A stretch of DNA of 64,000 nt. Origin: Anaeromyxobacteraceae bacterium. GTDB taxonomy: Bacteria > Myxococcota > Myxococcia > Myxococcales > Anaeromyxobacteraceae. Position numbers and translations under genes: made by a program. Below the pieces are notes generated by a model that was not told the DNA's origin, did no database searches, and was given only the letters and a program-made list of their open reading frames with translations. Where the stretch lies: the NCBI GenBank assembly GCA_047602405.1, contig JASGHJ010000002.1, positions 3,698,300 to 3,762,299 on the forward strand, given 5' to 3'. The number at the start of each line of letters is the position of its first letter. Positions within the stretch are counted from its first letter, which is position 1. Of the stretch, positions 34,186 through 43,400 are shown in pieces.

Positions 34186-34339
34186 ACGACTCTCGGTCGT
34201 CCAACATGAACGACTCTCGGTCGTGCAGCTCGCCTGACGACTCTCGGTCGTCGAAGGTCGACGACTCTCGGTCGTCGAAGGTCGGCGAACGACTCTCGGT
34301 CGTCCAAGGGCCGGGGGGCCCGGAACGACTCTCGGTCGT
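34186..34339. repeat. Array of six identical 15-bp quasi-palindromes ACGACTCTCGGTCGT with 9-21 bp spacers
   Basis: Copies start at 34186, 34210, 34237, 34261, 34289, 34325; spacers 9, 12, 9, 13, 21 bp. Confidence 0.97.
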
Positions 34340-34493
34340 CGAGGAGTGCCCGGAACCCCCCGCCGTGATCCGGCCGATACCGCCCGACACCGCCCTGGCG
34401 AGCGTGCGCTCGGCAGGTGGTATCGGCGACCTGCCTCACTCGCCCGTCCCCAAGTTCGCGAAGCGCCGGATCGCCCGGTAGAATTCCGCTCGC

Positions 34494-37400
34494 ATGGCGG
34501 AGGCTCCGAAGACCGCCTCCGTCCCATCCTCCACCTCCGGGAAGAGGACAGGGTCGGGGTTCGAGCTGCGCCTCGAGCGCGGGACGGCACACGTGCGCCT
34601 CGCGCGCGTGCCGGTCGTCGACGGCCTCGAGCTCGAGGTGCTCGACCTGCTCGTCCCGGACGTCCGCTTCCCCTTCGACGTCGCCGCGGGCTCCGGGCAG
34701 TTCCGGCACCGACTCTCGGACCTCGACGAGCTCGGCGTCGCCGCCGCGCCCGAGCTCGCGGAGCGCACGGTCGCCGCCGCGGGCCCGGAGGCGCTCGGGC
34801 TCCTCGACCTCCGGATCGCGTTCCGGGACGGCTTCGCCGAGCTCGCCGGCCGGCTCGCGGGCGGCACCCGCTTCACGCTCCGCGCCGGGCTCGTCCCCGC
34901 CGGCGACCGCGGCGTCGCGGTCGTCCTCCACGCCCCGCGCCTCTACGGCCCGGCCGCCCTCCCCGAGGGCGCCCTCGTGCACGCCGGCCGCCGCCTCCTC
35001 GCGGCGCTCGGCGAGGACGCCTTGCCCGAGGATCCCGTCTCCCGGCTCCTGCGCCGCGTGCTCGCGCCGCGCGGCTGGAAGATCCCGCGCGCCGTCGACG
35101 TCCGGCTCGCGCGCGCCGAGATCGTCGCGGGCGCCGCGCGGCTCGGCTGGTCGCGCGCGGCCGTGCCCGCGGCCGTCTCCGCCGACCCGGACCTCCTCGC
35201 GGCCGAGGAGGGCGCCCGCACCTTCGCCGCCGCCGAGGCGCTCCTCGAGCGCGGCGACCACGAGGCCGCCCGCGAGGCGTACCTCGCGACGCCCGCCGCG
35301 GCCGGCCACCCGTTCGCCGCCGAGCGGCTCCTGGGCCTGCTCGCGCTCGACGACCGCTTCCACGACGAGGCCCTCGACCTCGCCCAGGCCTGGCTCGCGC
35401 GCCGCCCCGGCTTCCCGGCCGCGCTCGGCGCCGAGGCCGCGGTGCGCATCGCCCGCGGCGAGGAAGCCCGCGCCGCCCGCGCCCTCGCGGAGCTCGCGGA
35501 GGGCGCCGCCGCACGCGGCGAGGTCTTCTCCGCGCTCGCCGCCGCCGAGACCGCGTTCGGCCTCACCGGCGCGGACGCCGCCGTCGCGCGGCGCGCCGCC
35601 GAGGTCGCCCTGCAGGTCCGCCGCGACCACGTCCCCGCCCTGCGCGCGCTGCGCGACCTCGCCCTCGCCGCCGGCGACCGCGAGGCGCTCGTGCGCGCGA
35701 GCCGCCGGCTCGTGGCGTACGACGCGGACCCCGCCCACAAGGCCCGCGCCCACGCCCAGCTCGGCGAGCTCCTCCTCGGCACCGACCCCGCCGCGGCGCG
35801 CCTCCACCTGGACCAGGCGCTCCGCCACGCGCCCGACGAGCCCCAGACCCTGCGCTCGCTCGCCCGCGCCTGCGAGGCGGCCGGCGAGCACCTCCGCGCG
35901 GTGCGCGCGCTCGACCGGCTCCGCGAGCTGCACCTCGCCCACGGCGACCGCGCGCTCGCGGCCGGCGCCGCCTACGAGGCCGGCGCGCTCTGGGACGGCC
36001 CGCTCGACCACGCCGAGAACGCGCTGCTCCGCTTCCGCGAGGCGGCGGAGCTCGCGCCCTCCGCCGAGGCCCACGAGCGCGCCGCCGGCGCCGCCACCCG
36101 CGCCGGCCAGTGGGCCGAGGCCGCCGACCACCACGCCGCGGTCCTCGCCGCGCTCGCCCGCGGGGCGCCCGGCCCGGCCGGCCTCGCCGCGCGCACCCGC
36201 GTCGCCCTCGCGGCGATCGCCGAGGAGCGCCTCGCCGACCTCCCCGCCGCGGCGGCCCACCTCGAGGCTGCGGTCGCGCTCGAGCCCGACCGCGGGGACC
36301 TGTGGCGCCGGCTCGCCGCCCTCGATCGCACCCTCGGCCGCACCGCCGCCCTCGCCGCCGCGCTGGAGCGCGTCGCCGCCCTCTCGCCGGACCTCGCCGA
36401 GCGGGCCGCCGCGCTCGCCGAGGCCGGCGAGGCCGCGCTCGCCCTCGGGCTCCCCGCCGAGGCGCGCGGCCGGTTCGTCGCGGCGCTCGCCGCCGACGAG
36501 CGGAACCGCACCGCCCTCGACGGCCTCGCGCAGCTCGCAGCCGCGCGCGGCGACGCCGCCGCCGAGCGCGACGCCCTCGCCCGCCTCCTGCCGCTCGCCG
36601 CCTCCGCCGACGAGACCGCCACCCTCCAGGACCGGCTCGCCGAGGCCTGCGAGAAGGTCGGGGACCTCGCCGGCGCGCAGCGCGCCCTCGCCGCCGCGCG
36701 CGCCGCCGCGCCGACCGCGGCCCGCCTCGAGGCCTCGCTCCGCCACGCCCGCCGCACCGGCGACGTGCCCGCCCACGCCGCGCTCCTCGCCGAGCGCGCC
36801 GCCGCCGCCGCGGCCCGCGGCGACGCGGCGCTCGCCACGACGAGCTGGCTCGAGCGGGCCCGCCTCCTCGGAGCGACCGATCCCGCCCAGGCCCAGGCGG
36901 CGCTCGCCGAGGCCCGCGCCGCCGCGCCGGGCGATCCCGAGGTGCTCCGGGCCCAGGCCGCCTTCGGCGAGGCGAACCGCGAGCCCCGGCTCGCGCTCGG
37001 CGCGCTGCGCGCGCTCCTCGCCCAGGATCCCGCCGACGCCTCCGAGCTCGAGGTCCGCGCCGGCCGCGCGGCGCTCACCGCCGGCGAGCCGACCGCCGCC
37101 CGCGAGCACGCCGAGCGCGCCCTCGGGCGCGACGCGCCCGGCGCCGGCGAGCTCCTCGCCGACATCCTCGACCGCACCGGCGACGAGGCCGGCCGCGCCG
37201 AGCTGCTCGAGCGGATCGGCCGTCCCCTCGAGGCCGCCCGCCTCCACGAGCGCCACGGTGACCGGCCCCGTGCCATCGCCGCCCTCGAGCGCGCCGCCGC
37301 CGACCCCGCCTCGGCCTCCGAGGCCCTCGGGCTGCTCGCGGAGCTCCGCCTCGCCGAGGGAGACCGCCGCGGCGCCGCCACCGCGCTCCTCGCGCTCGCG

Positions 37401-40400
37401 GCCCGCACGCCCGGCCGCGCCGGCGCGCGCCTCGCGCTGCGCGCCTTCGAGGCCGGCGGCGACGCCTCCCGGGCGCTCGACCTCGCCACCGAGCGCGACC
37501 CGACCTTCGCCCCTGCCCGCGCCCGCCGCGCCGCCCTCCGGGCCGACGACCCGCGCGGCGCGCTCGCCGACGCCGAGGCCGCGCTCGCGGGCGACGAGCT
37601 GCCCCCCGCCGAGCGGATCGGCCTCGTCGCGATCGCCGCCCGCGCCGCCGAGGCACTCGGCGACGACGACCGCGCCGGCGCGCACCTCGCCACCCTCGCG
37701 CGGGCCACCCCGGACGACGCCTCGGTCCTCCGCCGCCTCGCGGCCCTCGAGCGCCGCGCCGGGCGCGCCGAGGCGCTCGCCGCCACGCTCGAGCGGCTCG
37801 TCCCCTTCGCGACGCCCGCCGAGGGCGTCGCGCTCCGGCTCGAGCGCTCCGAGCTCCTGGCCGCCTCCGACCCGGCCCGCGCCGCCGCGCTCGCCGAGGA
37901 GGCCCTCGCCCTCGACCCCGACTCGACCCCCGCGCTCGCGGCCCTCGCGTGGCCGCCGCGGTCCGCCGGGAGCCCGCCCGCCGTTCGCGCCGACCGGCTC
38001 GGCCGCCTCGCCGCCCGGCCCGACGTCCCCGCCGCCGAGGCCGCCCGGGCCCACGGCGAGCGCGCGCGGCTCCTCGCCGGGCTCGGCGACGCCGCGGGCG
38101 CGCTCGAGGCCGTCCGCGCCGCCACCGCCGCGGGCGCCGTCGAGGACGAGCTCACGCACGCGCTCCGCGCCGACCTCGCCCGCCGCACCGGGGATCGCGC
38201 CGAGGAGGCGCGGGCCCTGCTCGCGCTCGCGCACGCGGCCCGTCGGCGCGGCGAGCCCACCGCCGGCGAGCGCCTCGCCGAGGCCGGCCTCGCCGCCCGC
38301 GCGGCCGGCGTCGACGGCGCCGAGGACGCGCTCCTCGCCGCGCGCACGGCCGGCGTCGAGAAGGAGACCGCCCGGCCGGTGCTCGAGGCGCTCGTCGAGC
38401 TCGCCCGCGCCCGCGGCGACGGCGCCGCGGAGCGCGAGGCCCTCGCCGCCCTCGTGCCCCACCTGCCCACCGGCGCGCGCCCCGAGGTGCTCGTCCGGGT
38501 GGCCCGCCTGGCGCTCGAGGCCGGCGACGCCGCCTTCGCCCGGGCGGCCGCCGACGAGGCGCGCACGCTCGCGCCGCGCGACCCCGTCGCCGTCGAGTGC
38601 GCGCGCGCCGCCGCCGCCGCGGAGGGCGACCACGCCGCGGTCGCCGAGCGCCTCGACGAGCTCGCCGCCCTCGAGCCGGCGACGGCCGGCGCCCGCCAGC
38701 TCGAGCGCGCCCGCCTGCTCGCCGCCCTCGGCCGCGCGGAGGACGCCGACCGCGCCTTCGAGGCCGCCCTCGCCGCGCTCGCCCCCGACCGCGCGCTCGC
38801 CGACGAGCAGGTCCGGCACCGCCGCGCCGCCGGCCTCGCCGACCCGGGCGCGCCGCTCGAGGCCTTCGCCCGCCGCGCCGGGGAGCCCCGCGTCGCCGCC
38901 CGCGCCCTCCGCACCGCCGCGGCCCTCGCGCTCGAGGCCGGCGACTGGGACGCCGCGCTCCGGCGCGCCCGCCGCACCGCGGCCCGCACCCAGGACGATC
39001 CTTGCTTCGCGGGCCCGCTCCTCGCGCGCATCCTCTACCTGCGGGGCTCCGCCGCCGAGGCGCTCGTGCTCCACCGGCGCCTCCTCGACGCGCCCGAGGG
39101 CGCGCTCGCCCCGGAGGACCGGGTCGCGGTCCTCTCCCAGGCCGCCGAGCTCGCCGAGGATCTCGGCGACCGCGAGCTCGCCGCGTCCGCGCTGACCCGC
39201 CTCCTCGCGCTGCGCCCCGCCGACGTCGACGCCGCCGGGCGGCGCTTCGCGGTCGACCCCGACCGCCGCCGCGCCATCGAGGGGCTCGCCGCCGCGGCCG
39301 ACCGCACCCGCAACCTGCACCGCCGCGTCGCCGCGCTCCAGAAGGCCGGCGAGGCCGCCCTCACCGAGCTCGAGGACCGCGCCCTCGCGGACCGGCTCCT
39401 CCGCCGCGCCCGCGCCGAGGCCGAGGTCGACCCGGCCCTCGCCGCCCGCACCGCCCGCGAGCGCGCGGCGGTCGTGCGCGCCGCGCTCGGCGTCGGCTCC
39501 GACGCGTTCCTCGACGCCCTCGAGGAGTCCGCCGCCGCGGTCCAGGCGACCGGCGACCGCGCCGGCGCCCGCGCCCTCTACGCCGAGACGGCCGCCCTCC
39601 TGCGCGAGCGCGGCCAGCTCGCCGACGCCGCCCGCCTCCTCCTCCAGCTCGACGCGCTCGCCGCCGCCGACGGCGACTTCGACGGCTCCGCCGCGTACGC
39701 GCGCGAGGCGGGCCTCGCGCTCCGCGACGCCGGCCGCGCCGGCGAGGCCGCCGAGGTCCTGCGCCGCGTCGTGGCGACGAACCCGGGCGACGCCGAGGCG
39801 TTCGCGGCCCTCGAGGAGCTCCTCGCCTCCGGCGGCGACGCCGGCTCCCTCGTCGAGCTCCTCTCGCTCGCCGCGGCGAGCGCCGCGCCCGGCCCGGACC
39901 GCGCCGCGCTCCTCGTGCGGCTCGCCGAGGTCCACGCCCGCGCGGACGACCGGGTCGCCGAGGAGGGCGCGCTCCGCTCGGCCCGCGAGCAGGTGCCCGG
40001 CCACGCGGTCGCGACCGAGCGCCTGCAGGCGCTCCTCGCCGCCGAGGAGCGGTTCGGCGAGCAGGCCGAGCTCCTCCTCGAGCGCGCCGCGGCGGAGCCC
40101 TCCGCCCGCGCCGCGCTCCGCAGGGAGGCCGCGGCGCTCTACTCGCGCTCGGCCGATCCCGGCGAGCGGGCCCGCGGCCTCGACCTCCTCGTGGAGGCCG
40201 CCCGCGAGAACCCCGAGGATCTCGACGCGCTCCGCGAGGCCTCCCGCGCGCTCGTGGCCGCGGGCAGGCGCGAGGAGGCGGTGCCGTTCCTCTCGGCCAT
40301 CGTGCTCGCCAACCCGGACGACGAGGCCGCCGCCGCGCTCCTCGCCGACGCCTGGGCCGACCGCCCGCTCGAGCAGGCCGGCCTCTTCCTCTCCCGCGCC

Positions 40401-43400
40401 GCCGCCGCGAAGGGCGAGCTGCGCGCCTTCCGCCTCGGCGAGGCCGCGAAGGCGCTCGCCCGCGCCGGCGAGGAGGGCCGCGCCCGGGAGACCCGGCTCC
40501 TCGCGTTCGAGGCCTGGCCCTCCGACACCGCCGGGTTCACCGCCGCGCTCCGCGAGGCCGCCGGCGACGCCGACCGGCTCGACCGCGTCCTCGCCGCCCG
40601 CGCCCGCGGCGTGCCCGCCGAGGCCGCCGCCTGCCACCGCGCCCGCGCCGACGCGCTCGTCGCGGTGGGCGCGCTCGAGCGCGCCGCGACCGCCTACGAG
40701 GAGGCGCTCGTCGCCGCCCCGGACGACCCGGTCCTGCTCGCCGCGCTCGCCGCCACGCTCGCGGCCGCCCGCGGCGACGCCGCCGCCTCCGACGCCGACC
40801 ACCGCCTCGTCGCGCTCTCGGACGCGAAGCCGGGCAGCGTGCCCCCGTCCGCGGAGTCGGCCTCCCGCTTCCGCCTCGGCATCGCCGCCTGGGCCGACGG
40901 CCGCCCCGCCGACGCCATCGGCGACCTCGAGCGCGCCCTCCTCCTCACGCCCTCCGATCCGCGCGCCGGCTCGGCCTGGACCGCGCTCGCCGACGGCCAC
41001 GCCGCCCTCGGCCACGGCGAGGCCGCCCTCGCCGCCGCCCGCGGGCGGGCCGACCGCGCCGTCGCGCTCGGACTCGGCCCCGAGCGGCGCCTGGCCCTCG
41101 AGGCCGGCGCCGCGCTCGCGGCCCGCTTCGCCGACGAGGGGCCCGACGCCGCCGAGGTCCTCGACGCGCTCCTCGCGGTGCGGGTGCAGGCGGGCGATCC
41201 GCCCGAGGAGCTCGGCGAGCTCGCCCGCCGCGCGGCCGCCGCGCTCGAGCTCGCCGGCCAGCCGGTCCGGGCGAAGGTCGCCCTCGCCCGCGCCGGCCTC
41301 ACCGCCTCGGGCCCGCTCGCGGCGCCCGCCGTCCCGGCGGAGCTCGAGGTCGAGGTCGAGCCGCCCGCGCCCGCCGCCCCGGCCGCCCAGACCGCCCCGG
41401 AGCCCCTCGCCGCTTCGGCGCCGCCGGCCGCCGCCTTCGGCGCGGGCCGCGTGCAGGAGGCCGGCGAGCGCGCCCTCGCGGCGACCGAGCCGGCCGAGCG
41501 CGCCACCCGCTTCGTGGAGCTCGCCGAGGAGCTCCACCGCGCCGCCGCGCCGGACGAGGAGATCCGCTCGGCGCTCGACCTTGCCGCCGACGCCGACCCC
41601 GACGCCCCCGGCCCGTGGCGCGCCCGCGCCCGCATCGAGGGGGAGCTCGGCGACTCGGAGGCCGCCGCGCGCGCGCACCTCGCCGTCGCGATCCGCGCCG
41701 AGGGCGAGGAGGCCACCGCCGCCGCGCTCGAGGCCGCCCGGCTCTTCGCCGAGGCGGGCGACCACGTCGACGCCGCGCGCGCCTTCCGCGCCGCCCACCA
41801 CGCCGCCCCGGAGGCCGTGCCGGTCGCGCTCGCCGAGTCCGAGGAGGCGCTCGCCGCCGGCGACGCCGCCGCGGCCGCCGAGAAGGCCCTCTCGGTGCCG
41901 CTCGAGGTGCTCCCGCCGGTCGCCCGCTCCGGCCACCTCCGCCGCCTCGCGCAGGCGCTCGACGAGGCCGGCCGCATGACGTCCTCCGACGCCGTCTACG
42001 CCGACCTCTTCCGCGAGGACCCGGCGGACGCCGTCGCCTTCACCCGCGCCGCGGACCGCGCCTTCGAGCGCGGCGGCGCCGACGCCTGGCTCGAGGCCGC
42101 CGCGACGCACGAGGCCGCCCTCGGCAGCTGGGGCGACGCCGATCGCCGCCGCGACCTGCGCTACGCCCGCGGCGAGGTGCTCGCCGCGGCCGGCCGCCTC
42201 GAGGAGGCCCGCGCCGCCTACCTCGGCGCGCTCGAGCTCGACCCCACCCACGAGCCGACCCAGACCTCGCTCGCGGCGCTCGACGCCCGCACCGACGACT
42301 GGGCCGCGCTCGCCGCCCGCGTCGCCCGGGAGGCCGCCGACGCCGGGACCGGCGACGCCGCCGGCCTGCACCTGCGCGTCGCGCGCATCCTGCACGACCG
42401 GCTCGACGACGGGGCCGGCGCGATCCTCTCCTACCGCGCCGCCGTCGAGGCCGCGCGCGAGAGCCCCGCCCCCGCCGCGCGCCGCGTCCAGGAGGAGGCC
42501 GAGGCCGCCCTCCACGCGCTCGGCGCGCCGATGAAGGCCGCCGAGCCGGCGGCCCTCGACGACTCCGAGCCCACCGCCGAACACCTGCTCGAGGCGCCCG
42601 AGGGTGACCCGGTGGCCGAGGTGCTGCGCGCCCAGGCCGACGAGGCGACCGGCGTCGCCCGCGCCGAGCTCCTCGAGCGCCTCGCCGGCCACCTCGAGCG
42701 CGCCGGCGACCGCGCCGGGGCCGCCGACACGCTCCTCCTCGCGCTCGCCGCCGACCCGCACCGCGAGCTGACCCACGCCTGGCTCTCCGGCCTCGTCGAG
42801 GACGACCCCGAGCGCCTGGAGCGCGCCCGCGCCCTGCGCGCCGAGGCCGGCCTGCCCGAGGAGCGCGAGGAGCGCTCGACCGGAGACTTCCCGCCGGTCT
42901 TCCGGACCGACCGGACCACCGGAGACTTCACGGCCCCCGACCCCGAGGTCGAGGGCCGGGAGACGAGGACGACCGGAGACTTCCCGCCGGCGGAGGGAGG
43001 GGCGGATTCGGATCCGGAGACGGTTCCGGAGACGGATTCGGATTCGGAGACGGATTCGGAGACGGATTCGGAGACGGATTCGGAGACGGAATCGGAGACG
43101 GATTCGGAGACGGAGACGGAGACGGATTCGGCCACGGATACGGATCCGGAAACGACTGCCGCAGCGGTTTCGGATGCCGCCCCGGACCCCACTCCCACGC
43201 CCGAGCGCTCCACCCTCGACGACTTCCCGGAGTCCGCGCTGGAGGAGGCGCTCGCGGCAGGGCTCAGCCGGTCGGCGAGGCCGAGCCCGTCTCCGATTCC
43301 GATTCCGTCTCCGATTCCGTCTCCGATTCCGTCTCCGTCTCCGTCTCCGATTCCGTCTCCGTCTCCGTCTCCGATTCCGCCTCCGTCTCCGATTCCGCCT

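Noticed and set aside
34186..34339. CRISPR array
   Set aside because: Repeats (15 bp) and spacers (9-21 bp) are too short and uneven, two spacers are related, and there are no cas genes in the window.
34186..34339. Canonical parS, DnaA boxes or plasmid iterons
   Set aside because: No match to TGTTTCACGTGAAACA or TTATCCACA; no AT-rich unwinding region or rep gene; spacing is not phased.
33875..34390. Small ORFs translating the array (DDRESS/TTESR repeats)
   Set aside because: Unit spacings are not all multiples of three, so the peptide repeat switches frame; no RBS or coding-like codon usage.
32064..42776. 3570-aa minus-strand ORF and other very long overlapping ORFs (e.g. 5353-9381, 34417-39195, 37949-42607, 56269-59868)
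   Set aside because: Shadow frames caused by stop-codon scarcity in very high-GC DNA; they overlap genes with recognisable motifs and proper codon bias.
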